Source: Octopus sinensis
Lineage: Eukaryota
Length of the DNA: 64,000 nucleotides
Reading direction: 5' to 3'
NCBI RefSeq assembly: GCF_006345805.1
Contig: NW_021825194.1
Coordinates: 310,001 to 374,000 of the forward strand
Shown: one piece after another, positions 51,931 through 64,000 of the stretch
Layout: the number at the start of each line of letters is the position of its first letter
Position numbering within the stretch: position 1 is the first letter of the stretch
Program-made: the position numbers and the translations under genes
Notes under the pieces: generated by a model
What the model was told of the DNA's origin: nothing
The model's input: only the letters and a program-made list of their open reading frames with translations
Databases searched by the model: none

Positions 51931-53027
51931 TCTGTCTTTACGTTTCCGATCTAATCGACTGCCCCAAAATTTCTATGCTTTCCGTCATCACCACCTTACA
52001 TTCTATGAAGCTGTATGCTACATTTCTTTGGACATTACGTGTTTCAAGGTTCGCATTTTGGAAACACTCTCCGGACAGTGGCTTAGAATAAAAAGATAAC
52101 TAACCAATTGATTTGCAAATTACACTTGTTCTCTCCTTGCCCTCTTTTTTTTCATCTCTTTTCTTTTTCTTATTCTTTTTTGTGAAACTCAACCATTGTA
52201 GATTCATGCTGAGTTACAAAAAGGAGCCCCTAATGAATTTTATTTCTATTACATGTGGTATTAGCATGTTGTGTTTCAGCTTTGTGTTTCAGTTTGAACC
52301 TGGTTTTTGAGGCTGAGTATTTTGGCGCTGAGGTAAAATATGTCAGAAAAATGTCCACGGCAATTACTTTGTCTCCTACCAAAGATCAGATTTTAATTGT
52401 CTTCTTGAAATTATTTCTAATTTTCTTTAAGAATCGCAAACAACCGCTGCAAGCTGCTCTTCTTCTTCTTCTTCTTCTTCTTCTTCTTCTTCTTCTTCTT
52501 TATCTCCCCTCCCCGCCTCTCTCTCTCTCTCAAAGAAGAAGAAGAAGAAGAAAATCTCTATGTACTTCATTCGATACATCTATAAGAATTATTTTAGCTA
52601 TGTTTATATCATAATGCTGTATTTTGAGATATGATTTTTGGAGACGTCGAAATAATGTATCGCATTTATGTGTTTATAATAAAGTTCCAAATATTAACAT
52701 TTAATCAACTTAAAAGAGACTTATAACTTCGGCTTTCTCAGCTTGCATAGTAAAGGAAGAAAATGTAAGGGACATGATTACTAGTTACTGTTGGGCAGTG
52801 CAAATTACATTCCCTGCCTCCTATTTAATGGATTACTATTACCTGCGTATTTTAAATTCTGCCGAAGTCAACTTTACCTTTCATCGTTTCAGCGTCGATA
52901 AAATTAATTCAAGCTGAGCACTGTGGGTCGATGTGATCGATTTACCCCCTCTTGTTGGCCTTGTGCTAAACTTTGAAACCATTATTATCTGCGTATGCCT
53001 ATTAATAGACATAGACATTCTTATGGA

Positions 53028-53351
53028 GTACATTAAATAACATTATTTACATTCGACGGATATTTGTTCTTATCTTGTTTGTTGTTAACACAACGTTTCG
53101 GCTGATATACCCTCCAGCCTTCTTCAGGTGTCTTGGGGAAATTTCCAACCTGGGTTCTCATTCCTAAGGTATTTTTCGATGTTATTATTATTATTATTAT
53201 TGTTGTTGTTGTTGTTGCTGATGTTGTTGAGGTCACTGCTTGGAATCGAACTCAGAATCTTGGGATTAGTAGCCCGCGCTCTTAACCACTCCGCCATATG
53301 CCTGTGGGCATATGTTCGATTCCAAGCAGTGACCTGAACAACAACAACAAC

Positions 53352-53409
<58 letters not shown>

Positions 53410-53595
53410 TCGAAAAATACCTTAAGAATGAGAACCCAGGTTTGAAATTTCTCCAAGATACCTGAAGAAGGCAGGAGGGTATATCAGCCGAAACGTTGTG
53501 TTAACAACAAACAAGATGAGGACAAATATCCGTCGAATGTAAATAATGTAAATAATGTACATAATTCCCCATGTCTTAAATATAGAACTATATTA
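53028..53595. mobile_element. Head-to-head dimer of a [tRNA-like head, (AAC/AAT)n, HHR tail] element
   Basis: The left copy on the minus strand (53302 to 53028) has an A box TGGCGGAGTGG, a B box GAGTTCGATTCC, a microsatellite and an HHR. The right copy on the plus strand has an internally deleted head and the same tail. The arms differ at several positions. Confidence 0.8.
53087..53132 (-). ncRNA. Minimal type I hammerhead (second copy at 53457-53502 on the plus strand)
   Basis: The RNA reads GACAC-CUGAAGA-A-GGCUG(GAGGGUAUAU)CAGCC-GAAA-CG-UU^GUGUU, with a palindromic AACGUU stem III. Confidence 0.78.
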
Positions 53596-54042
53596 AATAA
53601 GTTCGTGTCGATCATTAATTTTAAAAGTGAAATTATGCAACCAATAAAATGATCGCAATTTTTTTAAAAGTTAGTCTACGAAATGGCACATATTCGAAGT
53701 TTCTCTGAAGGTTTCGGACAGTCAGAGGGAGAATAAGTGTATTAACAGGAATAAATTGGTTTTGGTCAGATTCGCGATTTTCTATATTCACATTTGGCCT
53801 CCTTACTACTTCAGTTTGGAGTGGTCGTAATTCGTGTTTAATCATGTTCATCGTATCCGCAAAAATCTAATCTTCCCGGCTATTTACAAACTTGAGTTGC
53901 ACACGGTTGGAATTAATCTCCAAAAGTTCTACGGGTTTCACTTTTACCGAACCGCAAAGTTACGGGAACGTAATCAAGCTATCACTGATTGTCAACCAAT
54001 GTAGGCGGACAAACACTAATACAAAAACTCACACACACACAC

Positions 54043-54096
<54 letters not shown>

Positions 54097-54129
54097 AACA
54101 TACATACATACGTGTGTGTGTGTATGTGT

Positions 54130-54300
54130 GTGTGTACGACGGACTCTTTTCCATTTCTGTCTACCAAATCCATTCACGAGGCTTTGGTTGACCTGTGGCT
54201 ATAGGAGAAGGCAGATGTCCAAAGTGCCGAGCCGTAAGACTGAACCCAGAACCATGTCGTTGGAAAGCAAACTTCTTACCACACAGCCACACCTGCGCCT
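54130..54300 (-). mobile_element. SINE family A, 5' portion, diverged
   Basis: Reverse-complement match to the family A head. Confidence 0.65.
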
Positions 54301-55027
54301 AAAAGTAATTGGCAGCGGTAGGATCCGAGCCCGTGCGTCTGAATAGATTGGTGCCTTAAAGCAATACTCATACGCACGTATGTACGCACAAAATCATTCT
54401 TACATATAAATATTTGTGTGTACACAAACGCACACATATATTATGCATATACTCACTCATACACTTATACACACACACACATTCACTATATGTAAACAGA
54501 AATGCATTCACTCACAACAATACGTATGTCTGCACAGTTTGTATAGTTTGTAAGCGTGTAGGTAGTATTAGAGTGTGAGCATGTTTATTTCTGTGCATGT
54601 ATATGTACTTGTGTGTGTCTGCGCGCGCGTGTGCTGCTTTACGAAAAGGAAAAAATACAGTTGAATTGGAAAAGTAAGCCAGAAAGGAAGAGAAGGGAAG
54701 GAGAGAAACCTGAGATGAATTCGGCAAGTTAAATAAAGTTGTCATATTGACAGCTTTGGAAAAAAAGGAAGGCTGGTCGACCGTTTTTGCAGAGTGCCTA
54801 GCTTGAGTCAATGGTAAAACCATCGAAGTTGCTGTGTCAATTCACAGGGAAGGGAAGAAAGCAAGAAGGACAGAAAACAAAATAAAGAGCGTTAAAACAA
54901 ACAAATTAGTTACCGACATATTTGTTATATCATTTGTGTGTGCGTGTGAGGAGGAGTTGGGTGTGGAGGGTTGTGTGTGTGTGTGTGGGGGGGGTGCATA
55001 AGCATACATAGATATGCACACACACAG

Positions 55028-55090
<63 letters not shown>

Positions 55091-55528
55091 GAAAGAGAGA
55101 TAGATACACAGATAGGTAAATAGATACATATGTGTGTGAGACTATGTATGAGTGAGTGTGCTTTTATATATAATGTGACTGTAAAAATGTAGCGTAAAAG
55201 TAATATATGTATGTGTGTGTGTGTGTTTGTGAGCGCGCGTGGGTACTTGCAATAAATAGGATTCGGAATCTGTAGTGGAGAAACAAGATCAGGGTTGAAA
55301 CAAAAGAGCGGCAGTTGTAGATGAAGTAAATGATAGATCATTAGAAAAGATGATAGGAGTGGGGAGTGCAGTGAAAGGAACAAGGAATAAGTAGAGGCTT
55401 CACTCCTAGCGGGTGGCAACGAAGATAAGTCATATCACAGTAAGGAGAGTTGGCTGTATGGTAAGTACATCAGAGCACTAGGTGGTTAGGTTGGTAATTA
55501 TAATACTGAGTGCTAGCAGACGTGAAGT

Positions 55529-55611
<83 letters not shown>

Positions 55612-55703
55612 TGGTAAACACTATTGTCATACTACACTTTCCAGCTTTAAAGTAATAAATGTGTTTTTTAAACATCAGTTGAAAGGATAAAACTCAGATA
55701 TCT

Positions 55704-56020
55704 ACGTGGCTGTGTGGTAAGTAGCTTGTTTACCAACCACATGATTCCGGGTTCAGTCCTACTGCGTGGCACCTTGGGTAAGTGTCTTCTACTATAGCCT
55801 CGGGCCGACCAAAGCCTTGTGAGTGGATTTGGTAGACCGAAACTGAAAGAAGCCCGTTGTATATATATATGCGTGTGTGTGTGTTTGTGTGTCTGTGTTT
55901 GTCCCCTAGCATTGCTTGACAACCGATGCTGGTGTGTTTATGTCCCCGTTACTTAGCGGTTCGGCAATAGAGACCGATAGAATAAGTACTGGGCTTACAA
56001 AAGAATAAGTCCGGGGTCGA
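55704..56020 (+). mobile_element. SINE family A
   Basis: Close match to 8545-8890, truncated at ccggggtcga. Confidence 0.85.
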
Positions 56021-56099
56021 AGTAAAAGAGAAAAGAGAATACAAGTACTAATGCAGACACGAACACATGCACACACCAAAGACATCACAGACGAAAGTC

Positions 56100-56345
56100 T
56101 AATGTATGTATGTGTGTATGTATGTATGTATGTATGTATGTATGTATGTATGTATGTATGTATGTATGTATGTATGTATGTATGTGTGTGTGCATGCATG
56201 CATGTATGCATACATGCATGTATGTATGTATGTATGTGTGTGTGTATGTATGTGTGTATGTGTGTGTATGTATGTGTGTATGTATGTATGCATGCATGCA
56301 TGTATGTATGTATGCATGCATGTATGTATGTGTGTATGTGTGTGA

Positions 56346-56376
<31 letters not shown>

Positions 56377-56450
56377 CATGTATGTATGTATGTATGTATG
56401 TATGTATGTATGTATGTATGTATGTATGTATGTTGTATGTATGTATGTAT
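56100..56450. repeat. Compound (TATG)n microsatellite; other long simple repeats include (AAT)n 1720-1830 and 45895-45948, (GATA)n 55028-55090, (TAG)n 55530-55607 and many (TA)n
   Basis: Direct reading of the sequence. Confidence 0.95.
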
Positions 56451-56922
56451 AAGCTTCATTTATTAGCACAACTGCATTGAAACAATTTCATGTCAAAAGT
56501 AAAAAATCTGAAAGCATTCCAGCCTCATTGTTTTGAAGGTATGATGTTGAGGAGAAAAAATCGGGGAAAAAGTTACAGAGGTTTAAAAATCGAAAAAACT
56601 GGATATATTTGGCCAATAGCGAGACAGAAAATTTCTGCGTTTAGCGGAGCAGTGTCAATTTTAAGGTTGTACTCTATGAAATGTAGCGTCTGACCTGTTC
56701 ATTGTAGGTTTGTAAATAAACAGAAATACTTAGTTTCAATGTAGGTTTGTAAATAAATAGAAATACCTAATAAAATCAACATGTATCATCTGGATCTAGT
56801 CTTTCTCATTCATTGATTGTATTTTTTATTTTTTTAAATTTGTAATATTAATATATTTGCCTGCATGTGTTTACTTTATGCGTATTTCAGTATTATGTAT
56901 ACCTGCCACGTATTTATGTACA

Positions 56923-58839
56923 TCTCTATATATAAAACTGAAATGCGTTTTTACCGCTTGGATCGCTTTCAAGGCCACTACATCCCGTCCGATTGACTCC
57001 AAAATTTACAGGGACATCATATCTTAAAAGGTGTCGTTGCTAGGGTCAAAAACCCACTTTGACAAGTCCACTCCGGTTCTTTAATGTATCTGTCTTCCTC
57101 AACTCACTCTCGCTATTTCCTCTCTTCCCAGCACTTTTTCACTCACTCTATTTCATACATTCCCATTACTTTCACTTCCTCAAACGGCCTTCTTTTATGT
57201 ATCTGTCTGCATTCATAGAGAGAATTATCATCGCCACCGCCATCGCGTTCTATTGTCCGCCTGTCAACGCGCCGACGGAGCAAATACAAACAGAACACAC
57301 CAACCAGCGTTCGTGTTCTGGTGATAACGTAGGTTTTTCGTATCTATTACATTTTAACATTTATTTAGAACCCTGCAAATTTTTCGTGCTAAATTTTCAT
57401 TTTTTACTACTTTATTATTTTTTCTTAAATTGATGCTTTTATTAAAATTAATTCTAATTGTCTGGGTCAACAGTTAATTTCCTCGGAGGATATGGAAATT
57501 CCTATTACCCGTCAGAGAAATAACTCCAGCAGCTCACAGCTATTTCATCAAAGACAAGGTTACCTGCTTACCCGTCGAATTCAGCGTCAACGCTCACGTA
57601 TGAGAGACTCCAACACACACACACACACACACATATATATACATATATATATATATAATGTGTGCATTATGTGGTCGGTTGAGCTGAAAATATGCAGACC
57701 TATATTAAAAGTGCTCGCAAATTTGCATGACAACTATTTTTTCCCTCAAATGAAAGGCGTGACCTCTAGGACAAAATTCCTCATCTTATAAAATGTGGCC
57801 CCAATAGACCCAAATGAAATCGGGTTATATTAACCAAAATGTGAAAAGGGTCTAAATGGGGCTGGAAGGGGATTAAAATTTAAAGGAGCGGGTCTTTAGC
57901 AATTCTCTGTTACATCAAGCTAAAAAATTTGCGCCAGCCTTTTAATCGTCAATGTGTTGCCGTCCATGATGAAGAAGTTTTGAATGCTTGCCATCGTGAG
58001 TCTACTGTCGTGAGAAAGAATCACTTCAAAACTTGGTGTTTAGGGATTTTCTTTTACATCAAGTTCAAAATTTTACGCCAGCCGTTAAACTGTCAAAACG
58101 TTGCTGTCCGTCGTTAAGAAATGCCAGCCATGGTGACTCTACTATCCTCAGATTCTATCCCTTCAAACTTTGGTTTCCAATATTTTATTATTTTTATTCA
58201 GCTCGCAAGTTCGTCTGTCCCTTTTAAATGTTAGTGTTTTGCTGTCTGCCTTGAAGCACACCTTTCCGTTGTTACTGCCTGATATTTATGATTGATCTTT
58301 CTAAATATTTTATTTCTCAACTTACTCAAGATCTTTTGTTGTTTATAAATGGGAGAGAGATAGATAAAGATAGAGAGTACGAGAAAGCGAGGGAGAGTCC
58401 GAGAGAAAGGAAGAGTAAGAGAGTGGGGAAAGTGAGAGAGAAAGGACACAGAAACAAAGAGGGAGAATCATCATCATCGTTTAACGTCCGTTTTCCGTGC
58501 TAGCACGGGTTGGACAGTTTGACCGCGGTCTGGGAAGCCAGGAGGCTGCACCAGGCTCCAGTCTGATCTGGCAGTGTTTCTACAGGTGAATGCCCTTCCC
58601 AACGCCAACCACTCTGTGAGCGTAGTGGGTGCTTTTTTCATGCCGCCGGCACAGGTGCCGGGGGGGCTGGCAGCGGCCACGATCAGTTGGTGCTTTTTAC
58701 GTGCCACCGGCACAGAAGCCAGTCAAAGTGACGCTGCAATCGGCCACGTTTGGATGGTGCTTTTTACGTGCTGAAAGGAAGCAACAGAAAGTAACAACCA
58801 CACTCTGACCCGCGCATAGAGCGGGTCACCTTCAGCTAG
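56923..58839 (+). mobile_element. Non-autonomous Helitron family H3, copy 2
   Basis: It has an A|TC start, the hairpin gacccgc-gcataga-gcgggtc and CTAG|T. It is collinear with 5904-8386. Confidence 0.85.
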
Positions 58840-59299
58840 TCATTAATATATAAGTGTGTGTGTGTGTGTGTGTGCGTGTGTGTGTGCGCGCGTGTGTGTG
58901 TGCGCGCGTGTGTGTGTGTCTGTCTCCAAAACTCCAGAGTTGAGTAACGTTTGGATTTATAAACTACGATAAGAATAAATACACAGAGAAGCACAGAAAA
59001 ATATGCAACATACTAACACAGAAAAATTAAAACAAAACACACGGGTGAAAAGAATCTCGTGGTGTGAAGAATCAATTGTAAAAAATCAACATCAAACAAC
59101 GTGCGTCACTGACAACAGTAAGACAACAGTGAAGTGAACCACAACACAGTGTCCTATTGTCATGGTAATACCACGCTGTCTGCTGATTGGCTAAAATTAC
59201 CCAAATTTCCCTGCTTTAATTCCAAATAACATCAGATTCTTTAACTTACGAGATAAAGTAATTCTTTGATCGTAATCAAAATTCAGAGTTGTATCGATA

Positions 59300-60139
59300 C
59301 ACCAAAAATGAAAGCAATCTGAGCAAAATTAAGTGGGACTGATTTTGCGAATGAGAAAGACTAGATCCAAATTAAGTTTTTATATGTGCCTTGGGAAGGA
59401 ATTTTTTCAGCGCTTCTTTACACATGATTTCTTCCGTAACCTGAAGCTTCTAGAGGCACTAGACCCAGTTAGTATTCGTGATTGCAATGGTCCAAGTTCA
59501 ATTGTTCTCCTGAAATGCAAATTTCCAAATATTGTTAAGGAGAGTCAGATTGAAGCTCTTAATAAAGAATGGAGAGAACTTAAACTTCAAGATAACAATG
59601 ACATAACCGAAGCTACCAAACCAGATTATTGGTATAAAATTTCTAAGGAAAAATATGGAGATGAAGCTCGTTATCTGGTCCTATCATGTCTTATGTTTCA
59701 ACTCCTATCATTACCACATTCTTCAGCTGCAACCGAGAGTCAGTCCTAAATAACATTAATGTCAAGAATAGGTCTAAACTGCATACTCAAACAATCAATG
59801 CACTGCTACATTCAAAAGTCTTCTTCATGATGTAAACTGCACAACTTATACACCTAATGCAGAGCTTTGTGCTAAATTAAAAGAAGGATAAGGATATTGG
59901 TACAAAGAGGAACCTCACCCTGTTGTCAAGGCAATCTTCTAATTATAAAGTAAGTACATTAAATATGTGTAGGTCACTTTAAAATAATGTCCTGTATATT
60001 ATAAATAATATATATTATGCATTTCAGTTGATTTTTAGGCAAAATATTACAAATTAAAATTTTGGTACTTTTGAGGGAAAATTGGTATTTTTATTTTGCT
60101 AAATCTGGTACTTTCATCAAAATACGTTTGGCAAGCCTG
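59300..60139 (+). mobile_element. hAT-type transposon remnant (dimerisation domain and right terminus)
   Basis: It contains EWREL...YWYKI...LLSLPHSSAATE followed by KNRSKLHTQTINALL. The right end reads CAGGCTTGCCAA on the minus strand. No left TIR was found. Confidence 0.75.
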
Positions 60140-62344
60140 ATTACAACTACATACTTAATCCTGGACAAGAGACGGGCAATCTATCGCAGATCACGGCACA
60201 ATCGAAAGAAATTCGAGCGACCCTTTGAATTGAACGGAGATATATAACAGTTTTATGACAAGGCGAGGGATAAGTTGCATGAAAAGGATAAAGAAGAATA
60301 AATGGGATCTAAAAGACTCCAACTACTCGAACTTCTGCCAAATAACTGCGACAACAGACAACTTTCGCTGAGAAAAAATTTACTGCTCTCCCTACAGGCC
60401 ATCAGAATCATACACCAAATATGTGGACCGGATCGGTGAATTCTTTTGAGATCATAAACAACTCGGACCACAATCATTGCGATAAACGGAAAACTGAGAC
60501 AAATGTACTGCCATTACGCGCGGATGCAGGTTTTATAATAATGAGTGAAAAATACAAACTGAATGCACACTTAACAACCAAACGTCATCATCTACATTAA
60601 CAAACGAATCGACCTGATGTTATCTGTGGTGACTAAGTAGCTAAAAACAGAGTTAACAAAGATTAGAAATCTAAACTATTCATTAATAAGATAGGAGTAA
60701 CAGAGATCAATTGCAACGAGAAGAAACAACCAAAATGGATTATCTCTCTCCGGACATATATCGACAGACTCAGGAAAAATACGGGACACCTAAGCACATT
60801 CTTTAAATGCAAAGAGAATAATAAACTCGCGTACCATCAGCAGCAAATTTATGAATGGATTATGTAAAGTCTATTGGAACTGTCGAAAAGAGTCGTTAAC
60901 AAGCATTAATTGTCCTTAAACACAAATTGCGAGCGGTAATTGAACAATTTTATTATAAAAAAACACCTACTAGAACGAAAATCCACCAGTTGAAAGTTTG
61001 CAATAAACCCACAAGCAGTGTATTGAAGTATGAAAGGCCATATCATTAAATTTGTGAAAGCCTCTCCGCTGGATGATCTAGAGTTACTTTGGGGAGGGAT
61101 CTGGAATGTAAATGAACTGCAGAACCGAGATGCAGAACTGTTAAGGTACAGAATGAGTATTGTCCAAACACCCGCAAAACTTATAACAACAGTGAATCTT
61201 TCCTAACGGTGATTGCAAAATTGTCGAACGAGCAAGCAAATGAGAGCAGCCTGATGGTCGGGTATTGATACAGAAAATTCACATTCTACCGGTCAGGTTT
61301 CGTTAATCTGTTCAAAACTGTAATGAGTTCTGAATTGACGTGACGGACTTTACAATTATATCGTACTCTGCTTTCACAGTGTCAGTGCTAGTACCAGCAT
61401 TTAGAATATTTGACAAGACATCCTCAATTGGTTACATTCACATCTACAGGAATACTGTACTTTCACATCTATAGGATCTTTGTTTAAATGAAGGGGTGGA
61501 GGTAGAGGAATAAGATCAGAGGGATTTGGGGTGTTGCACTGTGTCACTTAGACAACACCTACTGAAGAATATAGAATGAAATGAATACAACACATGTATA
61601 TTCAACAAGGAAGGTAATAGCACCACAAGATTTGGCAAAGAACCTGAACGAGTTCTCTAATGGTAGAGCTTTTGCATGTAAACAAAGTGTGACTGGACTG
61701 ACCTATTTAAATTGGGAAATGGAAAATAAATATTCATCATACTAGCAGAAAGTTATGCACGGATATATGTATCGTAGGCTGGAGACTTTCAGTAACTTTG
61801 TCAGGAATAGTAGCCTCTACTGGACCGACGATAAACACATCGCACCTCATCTAGAAGGCTCTGGCTTTGCTATCAAAGAACAGGAGATAGGTACTAAATA
61901 CCTGATCAGCAAAAGAGAAACGAATACCTCTCTACCTCCACGATATGACAGAAAGTGTTGATTATGCCTTAACAGTGTGGAGGATATCACTCATAACAAC
62001 TGCCCCAAATAATAGCTGCCCCAAAGCGTCTCCTCATGAGACATAATATTGTCACCAAGAATATTTACAGTGTTATGCACAAGAATATTTGCTCTGGTGA
62101 CCATAAAACACTCTAAAACCATAGAGCATCTATACCTTTAAAAATAAAATAGAAAATATTGGAATCGTTGTAGAGATCAGCTGTTCAGTGTATGCGGATG
62201 TCTCTTCAAAGATTCAGAAAAAGGAAAACACCTCTGGAGAACTGGTGAGAACCATACATTTCTTACATCCTACATTTTTTCCATTCGTGCACTGTATTAC
62301 ATAAATAATTTGCATAGAAACCTAGAAATGCTTGCACACTACAC

Positions 62345-62403
<59 letters not shown>

Positions 62404-62879
62404 ATATATATACGCATACATCAACCAATACTGGTAACAAATCCCGGGAATTGTTTCGATTTAAAGAAAAAGACCTCGCCACTTTGCTTGTAAAAAATAT
62501 GAATATTACGAAGGAAAAAAAACTTAAAATAAATCCCGAAGAAACATACATACATACATACATACATACATACATACATACATACATACATACATACATA
62601 CATACATCATGGTGCCTGTGACTATGTTCCGTAATTTAATGGGGTGTCCGCTTCAGGACATGAGATTGTTTTTTAGTGGTTCACAAAAAGGATGTTGGTA
62701 GGTATCGGAAGTCTTTTTGGTTTTATTGGATTTAATCCTTCGCTTTGACGATGTAAAGAACAAAGTTCGAAGTTTAGCGTAGCATTTAAAAATTGTGTGT
62801 GTGAACTTTTTTGAAATAGAAATTTTTAAGGGTTCACAAAAGAATGCAAGCCTGGATAGCAGAGTCATGCTTGATTAGA

Positions 62880-64000
62880 GTAATTTACTACTGCCACCTC
62901 TGGGAGGAGGTGTCTACTCTTCAAGTTCACTTGCATCTTTCAGTCTGTGATTTGATGAATAATAGAAAACGATCCCTTTCCGTTGCTTTTGGTATAGGAA
63001 CTTCGTAACCATTTCTTAAGAATCTGATACCCGTAGGCATTGATTACTTTTATTTATTGGAATTATCTCTCAACACATCCGCCCACTTAGGATTCCTACA
63101 AGGAACTTGTGCTTCCACTTACCTTTGGGCATCCGGTCAAAATGTGGTTCAAGGTGTAAAGAGTTTTTCTAAACTGATTGCAGAATGGTTCTTCTTTCTT
63201 GCCCCATATTTTAAGATTATTTGGGATTGGCAAGACGTCATCGTCGGTACACATTGGAAGGACAATTTTCCCTAGTCATTACTCTAGAGTTCCCTCCTGG
63301 ATAGTAAGCACTTAAATGCTTGATCCCATTGTATTTATTGTTCACTGTTACGCTGCTATCTTCCCCTGTTGAATTGCGGATCCTTTGCAGTATGAGTTCT
63401 TCCTTGTCCTTGGCATTGGTATTTCCCCTTCTCCTGGTGCTCAGTCATAGCCATGTTTGTGAGACTACTTCAACAATTGTCTGGTACTTCCAAAGCGTTT
63501 CTGCTTCCTTCACAGTTTCTTGACGTTTCCACTTTCTGCCGTCCTTTATGGTCTTGTTTGAATGTCTCATCCTCAAGAGTAATAATGTGCTTTCTGCTCT
63601 TGTCTTGGTGGGTTTCAATTACTCCACTACTGATGAAATTGGCAGGCAGAGCTTAGAGGCCTTGCTGTACAGGCTGACTGAGCTGAAAGTTGGGGTAACG
63701 CCCAGCCATCTTCACACGAATTTACTGCACGACCTCTATATTGTTTACACCTGAGTCATGGTAAAATCGTAAATCACTGGAAGCTCCATACCTTCAAACT
63801 CTCAGGCAGCTGACATTTTATCAACTACCGTTAGCCTCTTGTTTACTTGGGTTTTGGTGTCTTTTTGTATTAATATTGTCCTTAAAAGTACGATTGTATC
63901 TAATTCTTTTTTTGCTGGTCATGAAATTTGTCAGACATCTTTTGAGAATAATCAAGCTACGAGATTTTGCTGAACTGAACTTCATACGTGGCCATGGCGT
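62880..64000 (-). mobile_element. Degenerate early-branching (R2-group, HERO-like) non-LTR retrotransposon fragment
   Basis: The minus strand gives WLGVTPTFSSVSLYSK..LCLPISSVVE, GRKW...EAE, DVLPIPNNLKIWG..EPFC...TLNHILTGCP (a CCHC knuckle remnant). Confidence 0.68.

Noticed and set aside
53232-53302. Functional tRNA gene
   Set aside because: The A and B boxes are present but the acceptor stem does not pair, so it is treated as a tRNA-derived head. The same applies to the other SINE heads.
53633-53851. 72-aa non-repetitive ORF on the minus strand
   Set aside because: No recognisable domain or splice context supports it.

Overview
This is AT-rich, microsatellite-saturated animal DNA, most likely an octopus (cephalopod) genome; that assignment is inferred from the tRNA/CORE-SINE families and the repeat landscape. 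No complete host gene is visible, only one weak candidate exon. The window is a transposon graveyard: at least four Penelope-like element (PLE) copies from three families, RTE, Tx1 and HERO-like LINE fragments, mariner, piggyBac and hAT remnants, several Helitron families, many SINEs, satellites, and a long-TIR element carrying telomere-like repeats. The most notable signal is a set of about 10 hammerhead-ribozyme (HHR) motifs found by eye. They belong to several unrelated PLE-type families and include core variants (a G3:C8 swap, pyrimidine at position 6, an extra purine after A9). They repeatedly sit in head-to-head inverted dimers with ribozyme-bearing 3' ends pointing outward. One such unit couples a tRNA-derived Pol III promoter to an (AAC/AAT)n tract and an HHR tail, making it a candidate PLE-mobilised ribozyme SINE. 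All folds, identities and family assignments were made by eye, without tools.
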